64,000 nt of DNA from contig CATNEN010000039.1 of the NCBI GenBank assembly GCA_950097015.1, positions 16,182,001 to 16,246,000 of the forward strand. The letters run 5' to 3'. Below the pieces are notes generated by a model. The model was not told where the DNA came from. It did not search any database and was given only the letters and a program-made list of their open reading frames with translations. Position 1 is the first letter of the stretch, and each line of letters opens with the position of its first letter. The translations under genes and the position numbers were made by a program. Positions 1 through 12,794 of this stretch are shown one piece after another. This stretch comes from Macrostomum hystrix (Eukaryota > Animalia > Platyhelminthes).

Positions 1-233
1 TGCAGGGAAATATTGCGCACATTATACTACTAACATATCTGACGATCTATCAGTAGTAGGCAAGCTTTATTATTAAAAAAATTGGTGAATTTCTAACAAA
101 ATCATCATGCCAAAGTACACCATATTAGATGAAAAACTAAGTTCGAAAATAGATATCTCATAAAAACAGAAGTTCGTCAGAGGTTCGAATCTGCTAGAAT
201 ATTGTTAGAATAAAAATGATTATTAGCATGTAC

Positions 234-3200
234 TCAAGCCGTTCTCATCGATACGAGGGTCTCAATAACTCCGGGATCAGCCAGGGTGCTAGTATCGCCA
301 TAGTTGTCACCGCCGGCAGCAATCTCTCTTAGAATTCTACGCATAATCTTGCCCGAGCGAGTCTTTGGCAGCGCTGGGGCCTCTTGGATGGTGTCGGGTG
401 CTGCGAATGCGCCAATGCGTTCGCGAACAATCACTAGCAGCTGGCGAATCAGGCTGGCATCAAAGACGGCGCCGTCCTTCAGTGTGACGAACGCGTAGGC
501 GCTTTCGCCCTGAGGTAAATTGGTGTTTAGAAAACTAAAGCAATCAGCATATTGTAGAAAGATCCTCAGAGTGGGATCTGAAACTTCACAGATCTACTAA
601 ATGGGATCTAGAAACTTCTTAGATCCTCCAAGTGAGATCTGAAACTTTCCATATCCTTAAAGTGGGATTTAAAACCTCCCAGATCCTGTAAGTGGGATCT
701 GAAACGTCCCAGATCCTCACAGGGATCTGAAACTTCCCAAATCCTGAGAGTGGGATCTAAAACCTCTAGGTCCTCTAAATGGGATCTCTCAAGCCTCCCA
801 GTTCCTATAAATGGGATCTAAACATCCAGGTCCTCTAAATTGGATACAAAACATCCAGGCCCTCTAACTGGGATACAAAACCTCTAGGTCCACTAAATGG
901 GATCTAAAACCTCTAGGCCCTCTAAATGGGATCTAAAGCCTCAAAGTTGTTCTAAAATGGGATCTAAAATCCTCAAATTGAGATATGAAGAATCCAAGTT
1001 CTTCCACTGTCCTTCTAGAATTTCACACTAAACAATACCGACGCTAAACATAATCGAACCTTGACATCGTGATGCCGACCAACAACGGCCGCCTCGGCCA
1101 CCTTCGGATGCTCAACTAGGGCCGATTCAATTTGAGCTGTGCTCAACAGATGACCGCTAACATTGATCATGTCGTCGATGCGGCCAGTAACCCACAGGTA
1201 GCCGTCTTTGTCGCGTTGGGCGCCGTCGCCAGTGGTGTAGTAGCTTTTGAACTTGGAGAAGTACGTCTAAAAATACGTAAAAATGGAAGCTTATTTATAT
1301 CTACAGCTGGGTGAACTAAAGCAATGGAGAGTTTATTAATTTTAAGCCAGAGTTTCGAAACCCAGACCACTGACAGTTAAAACGGCCCTTTTAGGTACCG
1401 CAAATTAGGAAGGCATTAGAAATCAAATTTAATTATATACCATAGATTCGAATTCCAGACCTCAAACACTTTAAACGGCCCTTTTAAGTACCGCAAATCC
1501 TGCAGAAAGGCATCAGACGTTATATATTATATAGCAGAAAACGGCACGCACCTGTTCATAACGCGGATGATCGCCAAATACAGTGCGCATAATACCAGGC
1601 CAGGGGCCGGCAAACACCAGGTAGCCTTCTCCAGGCCCTTCAATGACATCGCCAGTGTCCGGATTCAGTAGCACCGGTTGGACGCCGAAAAATGGAAAAC
1701 AAGCCGAGCCAGGTTTGGTGGGTGTGGCGCCCGGCAGCGGAGTGATCACGTGACCGCCAGTCTCAGTCTGCCAGAAGGTGTCAACAACGGAGCATTGTGA
1801 CCGGCCAACCAATCGGTGGTACCAGAGCCAGGCCTCCGGGTTAATCGGCTCACCGACTGTGGCAATGATGCGCAGACTGGCCCGGCTGCTGCGTTCCACA
1901 AATGAGTCGCCGAATTTCATCAGAGTGCGGATTGCGGTTGGCGCGGTGTAGAATGTGGTCACCTGTTTGTGCGAGAGACTGAAAGATACTGTGAGTCAGT
2001 GAGTCAGAGATCAGTGAGTCAGAGAGTCAGAGATCAGTGAGTCAGTAACTCAGATGGACAGTGAGTCAGAGATCAGTTAGTCAGTGAGTCAGAGATCAGT
2101 GAGTCAGTAACTCAGATGGACAGTGAGTCAGAGATCAGTTAGTCAGTGAGTCAGAGATCAGTTAGTCAGTGAGTCAGAGATCAGTGAGTCAGTAACTCAG
2201 ATGGACAGTGAGTCAGAGATCAGTTAGTCAGTGAGTCAGAGATCAGTTAGTCAGTGAGTCAGAGATCAGTGAGTCAGTAACTCAGATGGACAGTGAGTCA
2301 GATGGACAGTGAGTCAGAGAACAGTGAGTCAGAGACCAGTGAGTCAGAGACCAGTGAGTCAGAGACCAGTGAGTCAGAGACCAGTGAGTCAGAGATCAGT
2401 GAGTCAGAGATCAGTGAGTCAGAGACCAGTGAGTCAGAGACCAGTGAGTCAGAGACCAGTGAGTCAGAGATCAGTGAGTCAGAGACCAGTGAGTCAGAGA
2501 TCAGTGAGTCAGAGACCAGTGAGTCAGAGATCAGTGAGTCAGAGACCAGTGAGTCAGAGATCAGTGAGTCAGAGACCAGTGAGTCAGAGATCAGTGAGTC
2601 AGAGATCAGTGAGTCAGAGACCAGTGAGTCAGAGACCAGTGAGTCAGAGATCAGTGAGTCAGAGACCAGTGAGTCAGAGAACAGTGAGTCAGAGACCAGT
2701 GAGTCAGAGACCAGTGAGTCAGAGACCAGTGAGTCAGAGACCAGTGAGTCAGAGATCAGTGAGTCAGAGATCAGTGAGTCAGAGATCAGTGAGTCAGAGA
2801 CCAGTGAGTCAGAGACCAGTGAGTCAGAGACCAGTGAGTCAGAGACCAGTGAGTCAGAGATCAGTGAGTCAGAGACCAGTGAGTCAGAGATCAGTGAGTC
2901 AGAGACCAGTGAGTCAGCGAGTGAGCAAGTTTCACCTTATAGCGGTCCACAATGTCCCAGCAGCGGCCAGCATCTGGCCAGGTGGGCAAGCCCTCGAACA
3001 TAACGGAGGTGGCACAGTTGGCCATCGGTCCGTAGACAACGTAGGAATGACCAGTGATCCAGCCAATGTCTGCTGTGCACCAGAAGATGTCCTCCTGTTT
3101 TCATTTTAAATTAAATACTTGCGAGTAATGTATATTTATCTTAAATATTTCTAAAAAAATACTTTGTGTTTAGACAAAGCAGTTCTAAAAGGAATCTAAA

Positions 3201-5320
3201 ATCCTCAAAATGAAATCTAAAATCCTCAAAATGGAATTTAAAACACTAATGAGGGATCTCAAAATTATCAAAAATGGAATCTTAAACACCTAAAATGGAA
3301 TAAAAAACCCATAATTAAATACAACAACGAGAAGACAAAAGTAAAATTAAAGCAAAAAATCCTCACTAACCAGGTGATAATCGAAGCTGTACTTAAAAGT
3401 GGTAGCCGAGTACACCATGTAGCCGGCAGTCGTGTGTAGCACACCCTTGGGCTTTCCTGTACTGCCGCTGGTGTACAACATGAACAGCGGGTCCTCGGCT
3501 TCCATCCACTCGGGCTCGCATTGGTCAGCGATGTCAGCATCGGACATTGCTTCGTGCCACCAGATGTCACGGCCGGGCAGCATCTCAACCGGGCAGTCGG
3601 GCGCCGGCCTAATGCCGGGCTTCGCTCGGTGGCACTCTTTATCGCCTTCGTCGCCGGAATCGAATCGCGGCCGCTTGACGTGACTGACAACTAGGCAGGT
3701 GACAACCGGGTTGTTCTCCTCGATGCAGATTGACATGGCCTTGTCTGCGATGCTTTTCAACGTGATCAGCTTTGTGCCACGCCAAGTGCCATCGCAGGTG
3801 ACTAGAGTGTGACACCTGGGTTTTTGAGATTTGGAGATTATGAGATAATAATCCTGAGTTCAAATGAATCCCAAAAATGAGAAATCGTATTTTAGAAGGG
3901 ATCGTCAATGATCAGAATACAGGATTCAATTATGGAAATTATGGGATCTATGGGATCCCAAGAAGGGATCTATGGGATCCCAAGAAGGGATCTATGGGAT
4001 CCCAAGAAGGGATCTATGGGATCCCAAGAAGGGATCTATGGGATCCCAAGAAGGGATCTATGGGATCCCAAGAAGGGATCTATGGGATCCCAAGAAGGGA
4101 TCTATGGGATCCCAAGAAGGGATCTATGGGATCCCAAGAAGGGATCTATGGGATCCCAAGAAGGGATCTATGGGATCCCAAGAAGGGATCTATGGGATCC
4201 CAAGAAGGGATCTATGGGATCCCAAGAAGGGATCTATGGGATCCCAAGAAGGGATCTATGGGATCCCAAGAAGGGATCTATGGGATCCCAAGAAGGGATC
4301 TATGGGATCCCAAGAAGGGATCTATGGGATCCCAAGAAGGGATCTATGGGATCCCAAGAAGGGATCTATGGGATCCCAAGAAGGGATCTATGGGATCCCA
4401 AGAAGGGATCTATGGGATCCCAAGAAGGGATCTAAAGTCCCGCCAATAACTTACTTAGCGTTGATAATCCTGTCAGCAAGCGAGCCGGCGGAGAAGCCGC
4501 CGAACACAATGGAATGAACGGCGCCAATGCGAGCGCAGGCCAGCATGGCAACCACCAGCTCCAGCACCATAGGCATGTAGATGGCGACTCGGTCGCCTTT
4601 GCGAACACCATTGGCTTTTAAAACGTTGGCGAAACGGCAAACCTGAGTTATTTAGAATATAACGATTCCATTTTTTTCTGTAAAATCCAGAACACAGTCT
4701 GGTGTCAAAAACCACCAATATAGGCATAATGTAGGTAATTTTACTGTTAAACATAATGGCCCTTCAAAGAACCGCTAAATGTTAGTATTACTAGATTGGC
4801 CAATACAATATTCCTATGTAGCTACTGATACTCACTAGCAGTAGTATCATAAACACATTAGCTTTTTATTATGATAAAACCTTTGAAAAAATGTACTTTT
4901 GCATACCTGTCGAAGCAGCTCGGCGTAGGTGACGCTGGTTCGATCCTCCGGATCGTTGCCCTCCCAGTAAAACGCGATCCGGTCGCCCCGACCAGCCAGT
5001 ACGTGCCTATCAAGCGCATTGTAGCTAATATTGGTATGCCAGCCCTTGAACCAGCGAACGTGAATGCCGCCTTTGGCTAAATCGAAATTGTAATCCAAAA
5101 TTGGCTGCTCCGGTTCCGTCTGACTTTGCCAATAAAAATCTACGGCAATTTTGCGCCAAAACGCATTGGGATCAGCTATCGATTGCCGATAAAGATCCCT
5201 GTAGGCTTCCATGCTGGACACGTGCGCTCGGGATTGAATAGAGGTCGGGGGTTCGAACACCTGCTGCAGCTGTTGCAGATCAAGGTGGTGTTGTTCCAAC
5301 ACTAAATCGCGTGTAGACAT
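234..5320 (-). CDS. ACSS2: Acetyl-CoA synthetase (AMP-forming), 7 coding exons: 5320-4907, 4642-4455, 3815-3371, 3094-2936, 1962-1552, 1266-1060, 509-234
   Basis: Motifs [52 protein letters not shown] and [11 protein letters not shown] are present; all introns are GT-AG with consistent phase. Confidence 0.95.
570..990. repeat. Degenerate ~29-bp intronic minisatellite with GGGATCT core
   Basis: Recurrent aaatgggatctaaaacctc units. Confidence 0.8.
1990..2918. repeat. 15-bp minisatellite (cagtgagtcagagaY) in ACS intron
   Basis: Direct tandem array; source of the SET/SQRPV pseudo-ORFs. Confidence 0.97.
3943..4433. repeat. 22-bp perfect minisatellite gggatctatgggatcccaagaa
   Basis: About 22 apparently identical units. 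Confidence 0.97.
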
Positions 5321-5474
5321 GCTTGATAATCGACTTGGGAGACTAAATGCTGGTGAATAGCTTCTTCTTTAAAAATATGGTTTTGCAACTTTGTAAAAAA
5401 TGCAAATCTGGAAAAAATTAAAATCGGGTTAATGCCAAGGTATAACATGTTAGATAATTAATAAACTAAATCTG

Positions 5475-6585
5475 ACTATCCCTTTGATTTAGTCCCGATA
5501 ATCCCTCTGATTTAGTCCCGATAATCCCTCTGATTTAGTCCCGATAATCCTTCTGATTTATTCCCGATTATTCCTCTGATTTAGTCCCGATAATTCCTCT
5601 GATTTAGTCCTGATTATCCCTCTGATTTAGTCCTGATAATTCCTCTGATTTAGTCCTGATAATTCCTCTGATTTAGTCCTGATAATTCCTCTGATTTAGT
5701 CCTGATTATCCCTCTGATTTAGTCCTGATAATCCCTCTGATTTAGTCCCGATAATCCTTCTGATTTATTCCCGATTATTCCTCTGATTTAGTCCCGATAA
5801 TTCCTCTGATTTAGTCCTGATTATCCCTCTGATTTAGTCCTGATAATTCCTCTGATTTAGTCCTGATAATTCCTCTGATTTAGTCCTGATAATTCCTCTG
5901 ATTTAGTCCTGATTATCCCTCTGATTTAGTCCTGATAATTCCTCTGATTTAGTCCCGATAATTCCTCTGATTTAGTCCTGATAATTCCTCTGATTTAGTC
6001 CTGATAATTCCTCTGATTAAGTCCTGATAATTCCTCTGATTTAGTCCCGATAATTCCTCTGATTTAGTCCCGATAATTCCTCTGATTTAGTCCCGATAAT
6101 TCCTCTGATTTAGTCCTGATAATTCCTCTGATTTAGTCCCGATAATCCTTCTGATTTATTCCCGATTATTCCTCTGATTTAGTCCCGATAATTCCTCTGA
6201 TTTAGTCCTGATTATCCCTCTGATTAAGTCCTGATAATTCCTCTGATTTAGTCCTGATAATTCCTCTGATTTAGTCCTGATAATTCCTCTGATTTAGTCC
6301 TGATTATCCCTCTGATTTAGTCCTGATAATTCCTCTGATTTAGTCCCGATAATTCCTCTGATTTAGTCCTGATAATTCCTCTGATTTAGTCCTGATAATT
6401 CCTCTGATTTAGTCCTGATAATTCCTCTGATTTAGTCCTGATAATTCCTCTGATTAAGTCCTGATTATTCCTCTGATTTAGTCCTGATAATTCCTCTGAT
6501 TTAGTCCTGATAATTCCTCTGATTTAGTCCTGATTATCCCTCTGATTTAGTCCTGATAATTCCTCTGATTTAGTCCTGATAATTT
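5475..6585. repeat. 23-bp minisatellite ctctgatttagtcctgataattc between CCT2 and ACS
   Basis: About 48 units with recurring variant blocks. Confidence 0.97.
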
Positions 6586-7378
6586 GTCAGATTCTTAACG
6601 TTAATCCTGTCAATTTGGCCTACCTATCCACAGGATATTTCGATTATTATCCTATCTATTGCTGCGGTAAAAGTCAATCTGAAAAATGCCCAATTGCTTC
6701 TATAATGAGTCCAAGATAAAAAAAGTAATTAGACCTTATAAAAGAGTATTTTAAATAAACAGCAACTCAAACGACAACATTTTAATCCAAAGACAGCAGC
6801 AAACAATGCTTATGGAAAATTTTCGGTAGCTATTTTTTTATTTCAATTAATTCAGAAAACTTTAAAGCTGATTTACTTTCAAACCGAAAATTGTTTCTTC
6901 TTAAGTTGACCTTCTGTTTAAATTTTGAACTTTCTAGCCTTAAAATAACAGTTATTTTAACAGTAAGTAGTAAGAGAGGAAGAGCTGAACTTTCCGTTTG
7001 TGTATTTCTCCTGGAGTTTGCAGCAATTTAGGGAACAATTCCTACGTAAGCAGTTTAGCTGATTATAAAAAAATTGTAGTAAAGCGAAATTCATTCGCTA
7101 CTACCATTACTACTAACAATATAACGCTTTTAGGAGACACAGAAGCAACAACTTTGAGAGGCTGAATATAATGAGTAGAAAAAGTAGAGAGAAATTGAAA
7201 AAGCACACGAGGGAAAGAAATTTATTTTTTTTGTAGTAGGAAATTTATTTTCAAGCTCACACTTTTGTGTAGAAAATTTCGTTCCAGCCCTTAAAATGTG
7301 AAGCTTAACAATCACCAACGCCAATTGGAGTCTATTGTGTCTAGGACCTATTGTTCAATCGTTCGACCTCGAAACACT

Positions 7379-10205
7379 TTAATGCTCGGGACGGCGAGGC
7401 CTCGGCGAAGCCTTCAGAATGTCGTCAACGCGTAGAATCATTTCGGCCGCCTCGGCGGCAGACATCAGCACCTGACGCTTGACTCGCAGCGACTCGGTGA
7501 TGCCCAGCTGGCGCATATCGGCTAGACAGCCGTCAGTCATGTTCAAACCGATGTGCGCCTCACCGGCGGCGTGAGCGGCGCGCATTTGAGCAACTAGCTC
7601 GGCAGAGTCATAGCCGCCATTGTCGGCTATGGCAGTGGGCAGCTGCAGTAGGGCCCTGGCAAAGGCCTCCATGGCGATGGCCTCCTTGCCGGCGGTGTTG
7701 ACGGCCAGACGACTGACGGCTACAGCCATCAGGGCCTCGGCGCAGCCGCCACCGGAGATGACGCGGGAGTCCTGGACGGTCTGCTGTAGGACGCAGAGGG
7801 CGTCGTGCAGCGACCTGTCGGCCTCCTCCAAGATCTGCTGGGTGGCGCCGCGCAGGACGATTGTACAGGCTTCTCCGAGCGGCACGCCGCTCATACGGAT
7901 TAGCTTATCCTCACCGATCATCACCTCCTCGATGAGGTCACATTCGCCTAGCTTGACGGAGCCGGGCGAGTCGAAAGTGGAGACAATCTCGCCGCCGAGA
8001 ACCTGGGATGAGGAAAATTTGGTAAGTGAAGGCAGAAAAATTGGGAGAAAGGTTAATGATAGGCAGGAGAAGGGGTAGAGTAGGCGGGTAGCGTGGAGGA
8101 AGTGGCATAATTGGATGGAAGGGTCGGAAAGGGGGTAGAATGATAGTGGGGAAGGAAAATGGGAAGGTTTGGTATACGGGGTAGAAATTTCTTATTTCTA
8201 GGGTAGAACGGAAGAGTGGGAGAATGGGTAGAATGGGAGGGTGGATAAGGGGTAGAATGGGAGAGTGGAGAAGGGGTAGAATGGGAGGGTGGAGAAGGGG
8301 TAGAATGGGAGGGTGGAGAAGGGGTAGAATGGGAGGGCGGAAAAGGGGTAGAATGGGAGAGTGGAGAAGGGGTAGAATGGGAGGGTGGAGAAGGGGTAGA
8401 ATGTGAGGGCGGAGAAGGGGTAGAATGGGAGAGTGGAGAAGGGGTAGAATGGGAGGGTGGAGAAGGGGTAGAATGGGAGGGTGAAGGGGTAGAATGGGAG
8501 GGTGGAGAAGGGGTAGAATGGGAGGGCGGAGAAGGGGTAGAATGGGAGGGTGGAGAAGAGGTAGAATGGGAGGGTGGAGAAGGGGTAGAATGGGAGGGTG
8601 GAGAAGGGGTAGAATGGGAGCAGTCCTTCAGCAGTTTACCAGAGCCAGTCGCTCGATGCCTTCGAAGTCGGCGTGCTCAATGGACACAACACCGGCATCT
8701 GAGAACAGCTGCTCGGGATAATTGTAGATCAACTGGCGGTTAATAAATACGTTGCAGCCGTGGGCAACTATTTTCTCAACTTTGGCTTTCATCTTCTGCT
8801 TCTCGGCCAGCTCCAGATCGCTTAGCTTGGCTACGGCGTCAACCTGACATTAGATGAGTGCGTAAGATAAGTACTTTAGGAAAGAAAAGTCGTTAGAAAT
8901 CTGTTACAATCAACATCATTATTTTATGTCCCATGGACAAACTGGCTTTAGTTCCCATTTGAAGACAATTTTCAGATCCCCATTTAAAGACCCCACTTCT
9001 AGATCCCAAAGGGACACCACTTACAGATCCCATAGGGACACCACTTACAGATCCCAAAGGGACACCACTTTCAGATCCCAAAGGGACACCACCTACAGAT
9101 CCCAAAGGGACATCACTTACAGATCCCAAAGGGACATCACTTACAGATACCAAAGGGACACCACTTACAGATCCCAAAGGGACATCACTTACAGATACCA
9201 AAGGGACACCACCTACAGATCCCAAAGGGACATCACTTACAGATCCCAAAGGGACATCACTTACAGATCCCAAAGGGACACCACCTACAGATCCCAAAGG
9301 GACATCACTTACTGATCCAAAAAGGACATTACTTTGTATCCCACCCAGACATCACATTCACACATCGCAGAGAGACAACAAAATATCCAACACAAACCAA
9401 CATATCCAACAACAACAAAAACAATAAGCGCAACACACACCTTAATCTTGGAGCCGAACACTTTGATTTTATCCGAATCCATAGGAGTGTTAGCAATCAG
9501 CACTTTTGCTTTCTCAATCCTCTTCGGCTGCTGGGCGCCGATTTTCTTGTCCAACAGGAAGCCGTCGTCAAGATAAGAGTCGCGCAGGCTTCCTCCGAGC
9601 TTCTTAATGAGCTGAATAGCTTCTAGATTGCCCGAGCCTTTCAGTCTCAGGATGGCGTTAACAGCCAGCTCGGCAAAGTGATCCCTATGCTGGGTTAGCA
9701 GCTTACTACTTAAAGTAGTGCGCGCAATATTGAGCAGATCTTCGCGAAATCTAGCCGAATCGCTCGAGTTGTCGATGGCAGCGGACTCCAGAGCCTGCCT
9801 GGCGGCGTCGCAAGCCTTCCGCCAGCCGGCGATGATGGTCTGCGGATGCAGCTTCTGGGCCATCATCTGCTCGGCTTCGCGAAGCAATTCAGCGGCCAGC
9901 ACGGTCACCGAGGTAGTGCCGTCGCCAACCTCGTCATCCTGAGTCTTGCTCATATTAACCAGAATCTTAGCAGCCGGATTATCTACACCCAAAGATTTCA
10001 AGATTGTAGCGCCGTCGTTTGTCACCTCGACACCGTCGCCGCTTCGGCCGCCCAGCAGGATCTTGTCCATGCCTTTAGGACCGAGTGTACTTTTAACTAG
10101 GTCGCCAACGGCTATAGCGCCAACGAATGAGGATAGGCGAGCGGTTTCAGAGCGTTCCTCTTCGGCACCCTGAGACAGCACCGAGATTGGCATTAGGGAC
10201 ACCAT
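7379..10205 (-). CDS. CCT2: T-complex protein 1 subunit beta, 3 exons: 10205-9441, 8843-8640, 8002-7379
   Basis: [74 protein letters not shown]; GT-AG introns. Confidence 0.97.
8215..8620. repeat. 24-bp G-rich minisatellite ggagaaggggtagaatgggagggt
   Basis: Tandem array in CCT2 intron 2. Confidence 0.95.
8990..9320. repeat. 24-bp minisatellite ttacagatcccaaagggacaYcac
   Basis: Tandem array in CCT2 intron 1. Confidence 0.95.
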
Positions 10206-10737
10206 TTTGACGATTCTCTTGATTTAATAAGTTAATTTAATTCAATTTTGTCTGTTCTGCACAATTGAACGCGAATTGCTTGCTAACACTGAAATGGTGG
10301 AAGTAACGTAAAGTAATTTTATAAAGTAAAGTATACAGGCTAATCTAGATGGGATAATCTATACAGTCTAATGTAGATGGGATAATCTAAATGGGATAAT
10401 CTATACAGTCTAATCTAGATGGGATAATCTAAATGGGATAATCTAGACAGGCCGATCTATGGATATTAGACATAATTATCACTTTATCTAAAATTGTGAA
10501 TTTTTGGCAGGTAAAAAAACTATTTTCTGCTCAATAAGACACATTAAGACAATAAGCAATCGAAGCGATCGACAAAAAACTGTTATTTGTTAGTAGGAAA
10601 AACACAGTAATGCCTAAATTTGCATACAAACATTGGTTCTGTCGGAGGGTCACTGGCTTAGAGGAGAGAGCGTTGACCTAACACGCTTAGCTTTCCGAGT
10701 TCGAATCCGCCACTTAAACACAATAGAAAATCAAAAA

Positions 10738-11214
10738 CTAATCTTTGCCATCGTCAATCCATTGGACGCCGCGGACCCACACAATCAGGCATCTCTCGCA
10801 CAACAGGCCGCAGCCGTACCACAATGGCGCATAATCAAAATTAACTAGCCCGTAGATGTGATAATTGGCATAGTCTGTGTAATCCCAACTATTAGCGCCG
10901 AATTGTTTCAGCACCGAGCCGCAGGCGAACTCCCACAGGTAGGTCCAAGCCAGGTAAACCAGACCGCGCAATAAAATGTGTACTTGACGCGCCTGCAGCC
11001 AATCAGATTGCAGCTCCATGCAGAGCATTGACAGGCCATAAATCGGCAACGACCAGACGCTGGAGTAGCCGTGTAGACGGACCTCGAAGCGTTCGATTAA
11101 GTACCAGACGGCGCAGAAGCACACCTCGACGGCTAAGCCATGCAGCGCGTAGATGTACAGTCTGGCCAGCCATGATAATCGGCGGGCTGAACGCACCGTC
11201 GAGGACGATGATGA
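10738..11214 (-). CDS. TMEM229: TMEM229-family membrane protein; 5' end unresolved
   Basis: RLYIYALHG..EV.F.A, GYSSVWSLPIYG, RGLVYLAWTYLWEF..G..LKQF....WDY, DYAPLW resemble TMEM229; an in-frame TAG (possible acceptor) lies at 11217-11215 and there is no in-frame ATG at the start. Confidence 0.8.
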   Translation of the reverse strand, partial: SSSSSTVRSARRLSWLARLYIYALHGLAVEVCFCAVWYLIERFEVRLHGYSSVWSLPIYGLSMLCMELQSDWLQARQVHILLRGLVYLAWTYLWEFACGSVLKQFGANSWDYTDYANYHIYGLVNFDYAPLWYGCGLLCERCLIVWVRGVQWIDDGKD

Positions 11215-12794
11215 CTAGAAGATTTCGACACATATCGGCTGACTTGTTTAAAAAATCACAAGAACTTAAACAGCATATGTTATTTAAAAATAAAATGTGG
11301 TTATTTACTTATTTTTCCGTCATTATCTAAGAACCTTGAATGCTACTTTTTCTACTTTAAGTACTATAAAACGAGCATTTGTAGTCTATATTCTAAATAA
11401 TAACGCATTTAAATCATGAGAAAGTCAACAAAAACTGTCACTCATTGTGATGTGGAAAATATCAAGTATATATCGTTGTAAAAGTGTACTTTATTGATAC
11501 TTTTTTGAAGTTAAAAACAAGCCAAGCAAAAAACTTGTTTCTTGGATGCATGAAACTGATTAGTTTAGACCTCATTTTCCCAAGAAGACAACAATCTTGC
11601 CCACAAAAACTGATTATAGTTTTTAGTATGTTGCTATCCAGAGATCAGTATTTTATTCCTTTTTTAATAGCGTTACAAACACAATTGAGTATCAAGAATT
11701 GGAAACTAAATGTACAAGAAAACATTAACACGCCACCGTGAATCTTTAGAAAATATAAATCAGATAAGACTGAAACAAGACTAAAAATTGATAAATGGAA
11801 ATAACATCTTACTGTTAACCGAGCATTTAAACTTGGCTACCTAAATCGGCCCCAATGGAATAATCTGAAATAAACTAATCAATAGAACAATTAAAAAACG
11901 ACCACATGAATCCCATGGCAAGCGTAGAGTGCAGAAAATACAACAATGCTAAAATATAAGAATACAGCCCAATAGCAGCGCACAAAGCGTGTCACATAAA
12001 ATATCTGAAAAATGGGCTTTCAAAACATGCTATAGCAGCCAACACCACAAGAGCTAGCTACGCAGGAATATTATGCAATTATTCGGTATCAACAACAACA
12101 AGCAAACCAATTTAGATCGCAAAGAAGCGAGTGTAAAACGATTAAAAATGTAGCGTATTAAAAAAATTATCGGTTTTTTATAAAAAGACTGTGACGGCAA
12201 CGAAGGCAATATTTTTGGCCTGCCTATATAATTTATCAAGGAGAATGGTAAGTAAATACGAAGGCAAACATTAAAGCGACAGAAATATCACAACATTTCG
12301 TCTTTGATGATTGATATTGTTAAGTATTGTCATATGATTGGCTTGGAGAGGTCACGTGCTTGGGTGAAGGGGGTTCTATTTTTCTACCCCAAGTTTCTAA
12401 AAATAGCTACAATTCAAATATCGAGCTCATGATCTTAGTAACAGAGTAAAACACGTTAATCGCAACGAAACGCAACACCGTTAGCCATACTGAGCTACAA
12501 ATTCATATACTTATTGACTTGTGTCCTATTTATATGTCCTATTAATATTTAGACACTTGACAAACACTTGACAATCAAAGCGTTTTTTTAAAACGAGATT
12601 GACGCCGCCAGAAATACCATACAAAAGCGATTGCAATAACACAATGCCAGACAGTTAGCATAATAATATTTATTATAGATACACAAAATTAGCAAGCATG
12701 TTGGATTGTCGACTGTATAGATCTATCACCAGAAGTCTCTTGTGTCATTCTAGAGATGGAGTTTTAAATTAACAAAACTGCAACATGGCCATGT

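Noticed and set aside
2293-3109. Long SET/SQRPV-repeat ORFs
   Set aside because: Translations of a 15-bp satellite antisense to an ACS intron
3877-4517. Three overlapping repeat ORFs
   Set aside because: A stop-free 22-bp unit is open in all frames; intronic
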